Part shown: one piece after another, positions 14,860 through 28,884 of the stretch | Numbering within the stretch: position 1 is the first letter of the stretch | How the letters are laid out: the number at the start of each line of letters is the position of its first letter | From: Octopus vulgaris | Taxonomy: Eukaryota | Length of the DNA: 64,000 bases | NCBI GenBank assembly: GCA_951406725.2 | Contig: OX597816.1 | Coordinates: 139,500,001 to 139,564,000, forward strand | Reading direction: 5' to 3' | Notes under the pieces: model-generated | The model's input: only the letters and a program-made list of their open reading frames with translations | Databases searched by the model: none | What the model was told of the DNA's origin: nothing | Translations under genes and position numbers: made by a program

Positions 14860-17240
14860 ACATCATCCATAACGTCACCTACGAATCATATCGTTGTCAT
14901 TTATATTCAGTTTCAGTTTCTATTGTGGGCAACTACATGAACAACCGTGAACAGGGAATTAATTTTGATGATATGCAATGGTTGTCACACTTTACGGCTT
15001 TACCTGCATCTTTATTACTTTTGTCCATCAGGTTGATGTTTCCTGTTCTTGGATTGCAAACGCATGCTCTTCAAAGTGGTAGGTAATAATCAGGCTATTC
15101 GGCCATTTTAAACTGATTTGATGATCGATGTTATAATCATCACAGTGCTTTCTACTAACATATCCATGCATAGTCTTCTGCTTATATAGGCTCACCCTTT
15201 CATCTGATGATATGTTGCGGTAGAGTCGTGCGACTTCTTTGGGCATGTATTCTAGGTTATCAGACAAGGAGTGTTGCTCAAGGAGCTGCCTTCCAACTCT
15301 TATGATGTTATCAGCTTCACGCATGCAAAGTTGGTCAAGGGATGCACTTCAACGCTTGGTGCTTAAAAGATGTTGCCGAAAGAATATGATGCTACATTCA
15401 AAGGCATTTTGGATAGATGTTAAGCCTCTGCCGCCTTGTTTTCGTTTTAGGTAGGGGCGGTCTACAACACTGTTTATATGGAAATTATGTGTGCTTGTTA
15501 GTATTTTTCGGGTTTTCACATCAATGGCTCGCATCTCATTAAGCATCCAATCAAGCAGCCCAAATGTTGGTATGAGTACTGGCACTGCAAACACATTGTG
15601 GGCCACTATTTTTTATTGAATGCAGTGAGTTCTGAGGTCCAGATTTTCTTTATTCAGCTGCAGTATTATTTACTGACACGTGTTTTGTTACAGGCGCCAC
15701 TGTAATATATATTTTTATCCACCCCTAGATACCTGTAACATTCTTCGTCAGATACGGGAGAAATAATCAAAATCATTAATAGAGATGTTACTAGTAGGTT
15801 TAAAATGTTCCCCCTTTTCACAACCATATAACAACATTTATCCTGACCAAACTCAAATCCTACATCCTTTGAGAATGTTGCAACTAGGTCAAGGCTCTTT
15901 TTCATCTCATGCATATTGTTTGCATAAAGTTTTAAGTCATCCACAAAGAAACAGTGTGTAATTTTGGTATTTCTGTTTTCTTGTAAACCAGAGAGATATC
16001 CTTCAGACTTCCTTAACATGAATGTCAAGGGGTTTACAGAAAGTATAAACAACGTCAAAGAGAGGCTGTCTCCTTGAAATATGCCTTTGCGATACTGTAT
16101 TCTATTGGTGATAATACAATCACTCTTTGTGTTTAATTTCAAGATGGTGGCTCACAATGAAGTCAGATCAGCTATGGCTTTGAGCATTCTCACTGGAACT
16201 TTAGCTACTTGAAGGGCTTCTATCATCCATGAGTGAGGAATAGAGTCAAAGGCTTTCTCGTAATCTAACCACATTAAATTTAGGTTCCTCCTCTGCTCTC
16301 GCACCTCTGACATCATAGTTTTGTTGATTAGCAGTTGCTCGGCACATTTCCAGACTCCCTCCTTTGTAGGTGCCTATTCTGCTGTGATAATGGTTTCACA
16401 ATGGTATTCGAGGAAGAGGTTTAAACATGCTGTATATATCTTATACATTAAGTTCTGGCAAGCAATTGACCGGTAGATTTTTGCCATGTCGGTGGTTCTG
16501 CATTTGGGGATCAAACTGGTCCCAATGAAAAGTTGCTGGCACAGATTGATAAGGTATGGTCGGTAGAATGTTAGCTTCTTATATCAATATCCAACAATCA
16601 ATTTCATCCTGGAATTTCTGGATCACAGTTGCAAGAATTTCACCGTCAATGTTGAGTCTTGGATGTAACGCAGGAGCAATAACTTTTTCAGATTTCTTCT
16701 AGCCACGGAGCATTTTGCTTAAATTCCTTCTCTTCACTCCAGATATTCCTCCAGAAAAAGTCTCTTCTCATGAAGGAGCTTCCGTGATATTTATTGCTCC
16801 TCCTCTCATGTCTCTGTATACTACTGTCTAGTTGCGTTTAAATTTTTTGTTTATTGTTCTTCTCTTGGTTATTCTCTATTGATGTCGGAGTTTTTCACTG
16901 ACAACTTTTAGCTCCTGCTAAAGTGAGTGCCCCCTTTTTACTGTCTCCAAACATCATTTCTAGCTCCTTCTTTACTTTCTGTTGGTGGGACGTATAGTGA
17001 TTTGCTTGTTTGCATGCAATAAGCACCATTACATGGTTGATGGTCTTCTGTAAACCAGTTATATTTTTATTCTGTCTTCAAAACCCATGATGGTACTTTC
17101 TTTGTTATTTCGGTTTTGTTTACTTTTGAATATCATTCATGTACTGTTTTAGTAGTAGCCAGCTCATATAGACAGGCGTTAATCTGCTAGTATGTGGGCT
17201 CATCACACTGTTGTAAAAACTCATCACCAATTTCGTTAAC
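14860..17240 (-). mobile_element. Degraded R4/Dong-like RLE non-LTR retrotransposon (RT region)
   Basis: YRSIACQNLMYK, LDYEKAFDSIPHSW, KGIFQGDSLS, THCFFVDDLKLYA, YRYLG, NVFAVPVLIPTFGLLDW, LKRKQGGRGL; many stops and frameshifts. Confidence 0.88.
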
Positions 17241-17379
17241 AGCTTTTAATACCGTATCTGGTGTTTTTTTTTACTTACTTTGGAAGTGAATTCTCTCTCC
17301 TCGAAAGAGTCCTTCAAAGCCAAAGTTATTTTCTCTCGGAAAATTTCATTAAGGGCACATTTCACCGGCATATAATCCT

Positions 17380-17448
<69 letters not shown>

Positions 17449-17607
17449 AATAATCGTTGTGGTTGTGCCGGCTATTTACCATAGTCGTATAAGGGGGACA
17501 GTGGTCAGTTTACTTGAGCCAGTAATGTAGCTTGGGTGGCAGGCACTACAGAATCTGTTGGAATGTCGCTAGCTGCGATACCAAGTATATGTAAGTATGT
17601 ATGTATG

Positions 17608-17639
<32 letters not shown>

Positions 17640-17830
17640 TGTATGTATGTATGTATGTATGTATGTATGCATGTATGTATGTATGTACGTATGTGTATGT
17701 ATGTATGTACGTATGTATATGTATGTATGTATGTATGTATGTGTATGCATGCATGTATGTATGAATGTATGTATGTATGTATGTATGTATGTATGTGTAC
17801 GTATGTGTGTGTACATGCGTGTGTGCTTGC
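17380..17830. repeat. (ACT)n and (TATG)n microsatellites
   Basis: Seen directly. Confidence 0.9.
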
Positions 17831-18205
17831 GTGTGTGTGTGTGTGTGAGTGTGCGTTCGCGAGTTCACATACATGTATTGTGTGTGTTGATGTATACATA
17901 CATTCATGCCTATCAATCAACTTAGACATTGCTTGTCCGTTTGTCTCATCTCTAGTTTTCATCAAATCTATCAGATTCATTCTTGTTGTACGTTGTCGTT
18001 CTCTCTTTTCCCTTTTCTTTTATTATTATTATTATTTTTTTTTTTTGTTGCAGTCTCTTGAAAACCAATTTCTCAATTTTTGTTTCGTCCACATACTCAC
18101 GTACACCCCATGGACGTGTACAGCCCAATATGATTTAAACAAGTTTAAGAACTTGTCAATTAAAACTATTCAGGCATTCCGTTTTCTTTCATCATCATCA
18201 TCATC

Positions 18206-18249
<44 letters not shown>

Positions 18250-18251
<2 letters not shown>

Positions 18252-18380
18252 GGTCACGCTCGCAAGAGGATTTCTTGATATCAGTGTTGTGGAGGGAGTA
18301 TGTGGACGCAGGGTTTTTTCTTCCAAAATGCATGGTGGTACACTTGTCCACAGCCAGTTTCAGTTGCCAGTCTGTGATCC
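18250..18380 (-). mobile_element. CR1-like RT C-terminal fragment
   Basis: WITDWQLKLAVDKCTTMHFGRKNPASTYSLHNTDIKKSSCERDL. Confidence 0.75.
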
Positions 18381-18674
18381 ATCATCATCATTGACGTATG
18401 GCCTAGTAGTTAGGGTACTGTACGCGCATATCTGTTCTTCGCTATTCTTAGTTCAGCTTCCTCGTTGGGATGTACTGCTCGTACACTGGGTTCTGTGCAT
18501 CTGTGCTTTTAGTTCCTTTGCTGCAACAGAACTTTTACCACAGTTGTATTGCGAAGTTTTCCTTCCATCACACCGATGTCACTGGATTAAGTTTGTTTTG
18601 TGGAGAGAGCTTCTTAGTGTACGTCCACGTTGTTATTTAGCCCGGAGCTATTATCATCATTATTATTATTATGG

Positions 18675-18725
<51 letters not shown>

Positions 18726-18728
18726 TTG

Positions 18729-18790
<62 letters not shown>

Positions 18791-18797
18791 GTTATTA

Positions 18798-19385
18798 TCG
18801 GCCCCGAAAGGATGAAAGGTAAAATCGACCTATGCGGGAATTTGAACTCCTAACGTAGAGCGACATGAATATCATTCATGTACTGTTTTAGTAGTAGCCA
18901 GCTCATATAGACAAGGGGACAAACAAGGACAGACAAACGGATTAAGTCGATTATATCGACCCCAGTGCGTAACTGGTACTTATTTAATCGACCCCGAAAG
19001 GATGAAAGGCAAAGTCGACCTCGGCGGAATTTGAACTAGGAACGTAACGACAGACGAAATACCACTAAACATTTCGTCAGGGTCGATAAACTGAGCACCA
19101 GTGACACTTCTTACCACAAAGCCACCAAAAACGTGATGCATTATGGAGGTGAACGCAGAATAGACAGACAGACAGTGTTTCGTCGTTAGCCCGCACGACG
19201 AAATGCTTAGCGATATTTCGTCTGTCGTTACGTTCTGAGTTCAACTTCTGTTGAGGTCGATTTTACCTTTACAAGGGTTTGGTCGACCAGGGACCATAAC
19301 AGAAGACACATGCCCAAGGTACCGCACAGTGGGTCTGAACCCGGAACCATGTGGTTGGGAAGCAAACTTCTTACCACAAAGCCAC
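18798..19385. mobile_element. Rearranged cluster of SINE family A and B fragments
   Basis: Family A minus-strand pieces at 18798-18860 and 18914-19080, a plus-strand piece near 19185, and a family B head (minus) at 19275-19385. Confidence 0.75.
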
Positions 19386-19456
19386 CTAAAACGTGATGCA
19401 TTATGAAGGTGAACGCAGAAATAGATAGATATAGATATATATATATATATATATAT

Positions 19457-19489
<33 letters not shown>

Positions 19490-19598
19490 CAGATAAAAAT
19501 AAGTCATATTTTGTGAGTGATTACTGATTCGCTTACAAAACACACGCATACCTACGTGCGGGCGCTCATTACTGGCTTTGTTAGGGCATAATTGTGTG

Positions 19599-19671
<73 letters not shown>

Positions 19672-19675
<4 letters not shown>

Positions 19676-19830
19676 GAGAATTCACAACAAAACAAAAGAC
19701 GAAGACAGGTGGTGTAGAAAACAAACCGATATATTAGTATAACGCTCGGGAATTGAAAAAGTCTTTAACGTTTCAAGCTTACGCTCTTCCACAGAAAGGA
19801 ACTCAGAAAGAAACATATATACCCTAACAG
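19672..19830 (-). mobile_element. Penelope-like terminal-repeat remnant in (TA)n with a degenerate hammerhead-like motif
   Basis: Minus strand CTTT-CTGTGGA-AGAGC GTAA GCTT-GAAACGTT-AAAG; flanked by TA repeats. Confidence 0.5.
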
Positions 19831-19849
19831 AGCCAGTATATATATATAT

Positions 19850-19897
<48 letters not shown>

Positions 19898-20004
19898 TTA
19901 TACACACATGTATATGCATGCACACTTACACATACATACATCCATACATACATACATACATACATACATACATACATACATACATACATACATACATACA
20001 TACA

Positions 20005-20036
<32 letters not shown>

Positions 20037-22504
20037 CATGCAAACATACATATGAAGAAAACAGTGTGAACGGTTTTCATTTAATGTCTGAAATTAAAAA
20101 AATGTTTTCGTGTGAAAAACCCTGGAAACAGTGAGTTAATATAAAAAAAAATATATATATAGCACATTGTAATAGCCTGCTCTGCAGCATAAACAGCGGC
20201 GAAACTATATAACAAATCATAGCTTTGATGTAAAGCTGTCGACCATCTCACAGCTGATCAGTTCGACATGTGTGACTACGATATCACAGTTGTGTTCTAA
20301 TGTCATGGGCTGTGTACTAAGAGCAAAGAGTCCAATTAAGCGTCTGAATAAATGTCTTAGGTTTTGATGTTCATGAGTGCATGGAAGAAAAAAACAAAAA
20401 AAAAACAAGAATGAAATGGAGAGGACGAAAGGGGGAGACAGAAAGAAAGAGAATGTGTGTATGTATAAAGCTGTATATGTGTGGAAGTACAGATCTTGTT
20501 CTATGAATTACTTACTAAAGCAATCATTTTAGACATAATTTCTTGCGCCAGTAATTTCTTTTATTCTCTTGGCATATTTATGGTCTAGTTCACCCACTAG
20601 AAATACTTGTAAGACGAGTTTAAGTGCCTTTCAATTAATCAATGTTTGTTGTCATTTTCTTTTCAAATACTAAATGACACTAGAAAGGAGACTACTCTTT
20701 TTACACTTCTTAAGATAAGACCATTATACGTATTATATATGTGTGTGTGAGAGAGGGTGAGTATGAGTGTGTGTACTGTGATATTGAGTATGCAATCATT
20801 CATTTGATATTGGCAAAGATATTGCAAATTTCAACTAAATGCATTCATTAACTAAGAAATTATATAGCTTTTGTTAAGACAAGAAACACATCAGAAGTGT
20901 ATGATTTCATAAAATCGTTATTAGTTACGGTATGCAAACAAAACTGATAGGATAAGCTGTGAAAATATAAGGACATACCTGTAAGGTATTGATGTTAAAG
21001 TAAGTTAGTCAAAGAAACACCTGAGAGGATTTCAAAAGTGGTTTTATTTATAAGTTGTTGTGTTGAAGTAAATGCCATTCACTGTGTTTGAATCCGTGAC
21101 AAACTTAAATATTTAATGCTTTTCTTATTCATTCAGTATGATTAGTGATGTTCTACAGCAACAAAGACACAGAACATAACTAGATCATAGCAAGAGTATT
21201 ATTCACAGAAACTTCACAAACAACGCACGTAGCAAACGCACAAACACACAAATATATAACCATCAAATACACCACTCTTCACATATCAATTAACCTCACC
21301 GAAATATACACCTCCAACATACCACTACAATACACAAATGACACGTACCCATTTATATATTAAGTTAACATTTACAATTAAGACATTCCGAGCATCAGAT
21401 GACCAAATCACATCACCAGCATGTAACTAAGAAGAAGAACTAACGAAGGGGTAATGAAAAGCTAACCAAGAGCTACTTGGTCATTTGATCTGTACAGCAG
21501 TAAAATCTCCCTCGAGCCATACCATACTGTTTTGAAAAAAGGGCATGTTATTTTTTTTCAAATAGAAAATGGAATGATTATGGCTGGAACTTTTCTCATC
21601 ATGAGTTTTCTCGGTCAGCGTTGCCTGGGTATTAAACAACATTGACAACAGCCGCCAGCACTCTGTACGCTAACATATATTCTACACACTCCCCTAGCTC
21701 TCCACACCGACACATTATATTATACACCAACTTAACATACAAAACCAGCAAGCACAGCTAACAGTAAAGAAACATTCTCAACTTTTTATATAAGCATGAT
21801 AAAGAGCCGAGACATACATGCAATAGCTTTCTTTTTACTTTATTTTATAACTTAATAATGCTCATCGAGATATATTTTAACTTCCATCCGACCGGGCTTT
21901 GATCAAATAAGCGCCAGTCATATATAAAGATGAATCATATCGACTAATTGCTTTTCTTAAATTTGTGATCTTGCGCTTACTTTCAAAATCGTTATAATTC
22001 GAGAGGGCTCGTCGACATCACAAATCTCTCTATATATAAACGGCATCTTCCTCCATGGCGGATGCGAAGAACTGGATAAATTGAGACAATGTTCGAACAT
22101 CTCTAATTCAATGATAGTCAGATATCAAAGTTAAATTCTGAATAGGCAAGGAGTTCAATGGATAAGCAAAACTATATTAGGGGATATTTGTCCAGATCCG
22201 CCATTCGAAATCTCTATTTCTTATGGACGCTAATGTCCTAATAAGGCATGGATTCAATTACATGATTTTCATTCTTTCTTGGTCTTGTTCTGCAGCATTG
22301 AATTCCTTATTATTGCAGTTTCTCAATTAAAACATTTTTTCTTAATATATCTTGGCAATAGTCAGAGTCCTCTACGAATATCTAAAATATGTTGACTCTT
22401 TACGAGCTCAAGCTATATATTTTTTAAAAAGTGACAATGACTCCGGAGGTTTGCCAAATCGTTCCCTTTACAATGCTTTTTTGCAATATTATACATGTAT
22501 ACAA

Positions 22505-22710
22505 AGGCGGTGAGTTGGCAGAACCGTAAGCACGCCTGGCAAAATGCTTAGTGGTCATTCGTCCGTTTTTACGTTCTGAGTTCAAATTCCGCCGAGATCG
22601 AATTTGCCTGTCTTCCTTTTGGAGTCGATAAAATAAGTATTGAGGTCAATGTAACCAACTAGCCCCCTCCCCCGAAATTGCTGGGCTCGTGCCAAAATCT
22701 GAAATCAATA
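22505..22710 (+). mobile_element. SINE family A
   Basis: Family head and body motifs. Confidence 0.85.
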
Positions 22711-23179
22711 TTATACATGTACATACACACATAAGCACACCCACGCGGGCATAGATACACATTCGCACGCGCGCATACACCTAACATATGTAAGTGTACA
22801 TACTTACTGTTGAGATTAAGAGTTACCGAAACATCTAGACGGATTGCAAGGTCAAATGTTCCATGCTCCTCTATGTAGTTAATTCAATGTTCATTCTTCC
22901 TGTTTATTTAATTCACACAGAGATAAAGTCAAAGAAGCAATTCTGTGTGTGTGTGTGTGTGCACACCCGTACCTTTCACCGATATATATCTTTAGTTCTT
23001 CAGGTTATAGTCAACAGGCATCAGAGAGGTTAATTGGAGAACATAGAGCTGTGGTAATACATTAATAAGTTGGTCTATAATTGAAGTTAATCAAGTCTTC
23101 TTTGTTAATCAAGTCTTCTTTATCTTCTTTGTCTGGTTATATATGTGTGTGTTAGTGTGTGTGTGTGTGTGTCTATGTC

Positions 23180-23241
<62 letters not shown>

Positions 23242-23898
23242 ATATTTGCATTTCTTTCCAGTATGTTATAAAAGTATGTGTTATAAACTGACTGGATACC
23301 CCTTCATTACTTGTTTATGGTTTTGTTCTATCATATATGCATATAATATGTATTTGAACCATTTTCAGAAAAATATAAATTTACAGTTCTATTCATTGAG
23401 TATAAAAAACTTAAATTATATGAATATAAAAAAAAATAAAATGTGAAACCGTTAAAAAATAATGTGTGTTCTACTTTTCATGGTGTTTGAAACCGTATTT
23501 TAACTATCATGGTCCAAAGTACATTATATATACAATGCCACCTAAAAAGAGATGAGTGTGAATGAGTTTGTGTGGGTGTTTGTATATAATCTGGTACGTA
23601 TGTGCATCAACTGTACTAGAGAGAGGAGAGAGAGAGTGAGAGAGAGAGAGAAAGAGAGAGACAGACAGAAATAGAGTACGACAGAGCAAGAAGGGGAGTG
23701 CATACTACGCCATTAAACTATCAGGCATTCTCCATCACATTTCTTGGATACACTCTGTCTTACGCCAGGTTCCTCGAAATCCAGACTAATATATTTTCGT
23801 GGAATGATTTGGCTTTGTGTGTGAATCTGTGTATGCATATATACGTGCTTATATGCAGGAGTTTGTATGAGTGTGTATTGTTAGGAGTGCATATTATA

Positions 23899-23900
23899 TC

Positions 23901-23966
<66 letters not shown>

Positions 23967-24741
23967 TTGTTACGTGGTAGCAGGGCGTCCAAGAAATAGC
24001 AGCCAAATCTTTCCTTTTGGGGGGAAAGTAGCCGTTTACGCATGATTTCGATGTCACATTCGTTGAAAGCATGCGAAATAACGTGGAAAAGAAAAAAAAA
24101 CAACACGAAACAAAACTCCGTTGGTGGGAAACTCCGAGATCCGTACCACCCCTCCCCACTTTCTTTTTCCGGAAGAAAGTGGCTTGCGGCGGGTTTGGAG
24201 GTGAGGTACGTTGAATGCACTTAAAAAAAACCTGTGGAAAAAAATTATTTCATACTGAAGTATGAACGAGTCCTTTATGAAATACTTACCGAAGATCGGG
24301 ACAGGTATGCGAATACAAGGATCAATGTAACTGATAAAGCAAGGGCTGAGCGTCTAGCGGAACAGAGGAGAAGAGACAGAAGAAGGAGAGATCAGGAATC
24401 GGACGCTCGGAGAGCTGAGCGTCTGGCGAAACAGCGGGAAAGAGACAAAATTAGGAGACGTCATGAATCGGATGCTCATATGAATACAAACGGAATAAAA
24501 CAAGTTTCGTGTAAATCGAACCACAGGTTACCGAAATACGCGGTTTTTTGGGGGTACCTTTATAAATAGCGAAACCGGCGTATAATAGGAAAAATGCTTT
24601 GAAAGTAAGGTACCATTGAAATGTAAATACACACGGAATAACAGAGGTTTCACGTAAATCGGACCACAGATTCCTGAGATACACGTTTTTTTTTCAGGTA
24701 CTATGAACTAGTGGTGACCGAATGGGTCACGGGTAGTCTAG
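23899..24741 (+). mobile_element. Non-autonomous Helitron with an Arg/Glu-rich repeat ORF remnant
   Basis: 3' hairpin GTGACC-gaatg-GGTCAC (24714-24730) followed by CTAG|T (24738-24742); candidate A|TC 5' end before the TA tract; ORF 24234-24569 has RAERLAEQRRRD/RAERLAKQRERD repeats resembling Helitron RepHel N-termini. Confidence 0.7.
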
Positions 24742-25648
24742 TATTACATATACTTTCAAACATAAGTATTTTGTTTTGACATAAACGACAATCTTAACAT
24801 AAGTTGTGCAAAGATGAAACGCGTTTAATAACTTGGTAATGAGCCTTTCTTTTACCGTTAATCATTTAGCCTTTAAACTGGTCGTATTCTACCTGTGCTA
24901 TGTTCACACGGTCAAGATCTGGTCTCTCACATTTATCCTACCATATTATTCTAAAAATATACAGTAACATCATCAACATCTGAAAGCTACAAGATAAAGC
25001 TTGGTCAATTCAAAACATTTGGTAGAATAATCTGAATGCTAAAGGGTTAGAGGAAAATAACAAGTTAAGAGCGGAGTGAGAGAACAATTTCGGACACTCA
25101 ACCGCCACTCAAGCAACAGTCTGACAAAAGATTGCAGATGGAAGAGGAATTGCAGTGGTCCCTAGTTGAGGAAGAGTGAACGAGGAAGAGTGAACGAGGA
25201 AGAGGGGCAGGTGAAAGTAAAGAGAGGGAGAATGCAATAGCGACTGTATAGACGTTACCAGTGCTTAGGTTTAATCTTCTTGTGTCTTCTTTTCTATTGT
25301 ACATTATGTTCGATTATGATGTGTAACATATTAACTATGCTTCCTCTAACGGCTTCAGGCACTTCAGCACTGATGAACTCCATACCTGGGGCATTATGGT
25401 TTCGTACTATTTATTGCATTTTCTATTTCTTCTGTTGTTATTTCTACGTGAGTGTCTACAGCAGATGGCTCATCTAGGATTAATTATATAGCCTCCGGAT
25501 TCTGTGGGAATTTAGCGTTACGATGTTGTTCAAAACTCTCCTTTCAGCATTGTTGTACTTCATCAGCAATGTTTGTTTGTCTTACAGTCTTTATCAGAGC
25601 TGATAAAGACAATAACACGTACATTTCACGTGCACATATATATGTGCT

Positions 25649-25687
<39 letters not shown>

Positions 25688-25759
25688 CGGTGCGTGCATG
25701 TGTATGTTCGTGCGAATAATAAAACAAAAAAGAGAGACACCGACCGTGCGGAGGTGAAG

Positions 25760-26320
25760 AACTGGAAAAATCTTCTTTCTATGCTTCAATCGCTATCAAA
25801 GGAGAGTAAAATACCCATGTTGTGGAAAGTCGAATACCATCTTGCTTCCTAACAAGGCTGATAAAAAAGATTTAAGATGCTATCGACCCCTATCCCTCTT
25901 GCACCACTTCTGTAAGCTGTTTACAAAAGGTCATAGCTGCCAGACTATCGAAATATGTCAATGACCATCAGCCGAGGTAGCAAGCAGCTTTCCGTCAGAC
26001 CCACGGTATGACCGATCACATTCTCTCTAATACAGCTCATAGAACAAACGAATGAAATAGAAGTCGCTTCTGTACGTCGCTTTCGTTGTTTACGAAAAGG
26101 CCTTTGATAGTGTCGAGATGGACACAGTACTGAGATCTCCGGAAATGCTAAGTGTCGATGCGCAATGCACCAAACTGCTGAGGGATTCAAACTTTGGGAT
26201 GCACCACGAATATTGCTTTGCTATCGCCATCAGTAAGACTTCCATTTAGGAAGGGCATCAAGCAAGAAGATACCATCTCTTCAAAGCTTTTCACCACACG
26301 CCCAGAAATGGTCATTAGTT
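25760..26320 (+). mobile_element. Degraded RTE-clade RT fragment
   Basis: DLRCYRPLSLL..KLFTK, QAAFR, TDHI, KAFDSVE, RKGIKQEDTISSKLF (compare GVRQGDTISPKLF). Confidence 0.75.
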
Positions 26321-26519
26321 CTGTAGCTCAATATCATAAGAAACGAAGTGGAGACTCTAGGGGTTATCGCTGTTCTGGAGGGAGAGTATTGGGAAGGAGT
26401 TTCTTGCTGTTTTATTCTGGAAGATAAAATGCATGGAGAATTAAAAGAAGAGAAACAAGTGGATCAGGTAGACCTGTTTTGGAGAAGTATAATATATATC
26501 AGTCTAGTAGCGGCACTTT

Positions 26520-26965
26520 TAGTCATATATGGGGCACCATAACCCACTCTAACAAAGAGGGTGTAGAAGGTTGGTCCGGGATTTTTTGAAGAAATTTGTC
26601 CAGTGAACATTTGAATTTTATGGGATCCGTTTCCGTTTTGACGTATTTTTGTAGTAGGCGGATAGCACGGGGGCCAAGTCTTAGATGGATTTTAAAATTG
26701 ATGCCAACATTATTTGTGCAATATTGATGCAATATTTTCGATATAACACAAATCATGTAGCGCTCCCGGCGGCTTTGGAGAGAGTAGAGATCGAGTTTTT
26801 GTAGTCGACCCCAATAATCAATGCCTCTCGTGCCGTCTATCTTTCTTGTTATGGACCTCTAGAGTGCTTCTACTTTCATAATGAGTTGCTTCGTATGGGG
26901 TAACAGTACTCAAGGTGGGGTCGGGCAAAAGTAGTGTAGAGAAAGATGATGGTGTAGGCAACTCT
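26520..26965 (-). mobile_element. CR1/L2-group LINE 3' coding end
   Basis: FARPHLEYC..., DYWGRLQKLDLYSLQSRRERY, FKCSLDKFLQKIPDQP. Confidence 0.8.
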
Positions 26966-27029
26966 AGACAGGTGTTATTGAGTTAGACATGGCCTGGGCC
27001 TATACTGGCCGAAATCTATCAAAGTTATC

Positions 27030-27144
<115 letters not shown>

Positions 27145-27159
27145 CATAAATACATACAC

Positions 27160-27327
27160 CACGGCGATCTTCTTTCAGTTTCCATCTACCAAATCCACTC
27201 ACAAAGCTTTAGTCAGCCAGAGGCTAGAGTGGCAGATACTTGCCCAAGGCACCACGCAGTGGGACAGAACCCGGGACCATGTGGGTGGGTCGCAATTTTT
27301 TTGCTACAAAGCTACGCCTGCGCCTGT
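27160..27327 (-). mobile_element. SINE family B (tRNA head + CORE-like CCTTGGGCAAGT)
   Basis: Reverse complement of the family B head seen at 59470. Confidence 0.8.
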
Positions 27328-27823
27328 ACGAAATATAATAATATAAAATTGCCAGAAAGAAGAAAGTCTATTATGGACTCTCTCGTCAAAAATGATGCGT
27401 TTTGGTATTGTTAAATACTATCAGATAGCTAGATCTGATTGAGAAGTTACGCAGGAAGGAGCTGTTTAATGGAAGATATGGTTATTTGCAAGATGTTGAT
27501 TGGACGCAATGAAAGAACGACGGTTATCAGTTAAGAAAATATAAAGTGTATGATAAATAACAAGATTTGAAATGACATTTGAATTAGTAGGTTGAGTTTC
27601 TGAGTGAGTTTTTTTTTTTTAGTATCTCTTTCTGTTTTTTCTTCTTGTTCTTTTGTTATGTTTTTCAACACGTGTGTATAAAGACCCATGGTAGAATTTG
27701 ATATCTATGATAACAGATACGGTCGTATTTCACTTGAACGTATTGACAACCTTTTTTACTTGATGTTGTTCATATTTGTATGAATTTGTATTTAGGGCTT
27801 TCTCCCTCCCTCCCTTTGTCTCC

Positions 27824-27858
<35 letters not shown>

Positions 27859-28033
27859 CCACTATCACTATTTCTATATCTCTATCTTTCTCTCTTTCTC
27901 TCTCTCCCTATACACACACAGTCATATATACACGTGTGTATATTCATATGTGTGTCTGTGTGCGTGTGTGCATGCGTGTGAGCGTCCGTGTGCGTGCGTG
28001 TGTGCGTGCGTGTGTGTGTGTGTGTGTGCGTGC

Positions 28034-28092
<59 letters not shown>

Positions 28093-28884
28093 TGTGTGTT
28101 TGTCGTTCTACTAGTGAGACACGGAGATGGATATGTTTTCGCCAAATTACTCTTATGCTCGAGTCCATCTGCTGCTAACTTAGGGGAAAATATGTTAATA
28201 AATCTTGATATATGAAACTTAAAATGACGACCATGGGGACTGGTAAGTGTTCGCAATCGGTGAAAAGATGATGATTTATATTTGTTTTCATTGCTATGGG
28301 TATGGTGGAGAGTAAAATGATAGGTTTGATGTCTTTAAAGGTCACACATTTCAAAAAGGTCATTGTTTGTATAGATTGGACAAATTTGTTCGCTTACATG
28401 TAGTTAACAGCAGTTTACAAAACAGGAAATATCAGTAGAACCATTTGAATATTTCAATGGTGTCGTCAAGAAATGTGGCAAATTTCCTTAATGGACTTAG
28501 AAAGAAGATAAAAAAGATAATTCAACTCTGAAACGGAAATATAAACTAAACAGATTTGTGTTCAATAGAATGGCTGAGCAAAAGATATCCTTCACAAGAG
28601 AAGCTACTGAAGTTTGTTATAACCTGTTTAATTAACCAGAAACTCTAGTAGTAAATTATTGGGTGGATGGAGTAGTTTGGGTATTACACTGTGTTACAAA
28701 TATTTTTTTTTCTTTTGGTCAGTAGGTGTTATTTCTTCTTTGCTTATATCTAGGAATCAGATGCAATGACTATTATTCTCTTCAAACTTTGCTTTTCGGA
28801 CCTAGACATCAGTGTTTTGAAACTGACCTATTTTCCATTACATTTCAGAGAGATTCAGCGCTGAGTTGCTGAAGCTGAAATATC

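Noticed and set aside
18390-18650. Possible RT N-terminal remnant (APG...NYRPI-like) on the minus strand
   Set aside because: Too degraded to support by eye
22025-22204. Helitron-like 5' start (TCTCTCTATATATAAACGGC) and a short inverted repeat ATGGCGGAT..CTGGATAAAT / ATTTGTCCAGATCCGCCAT
   Set aside because: No matching 3' end or TSD found
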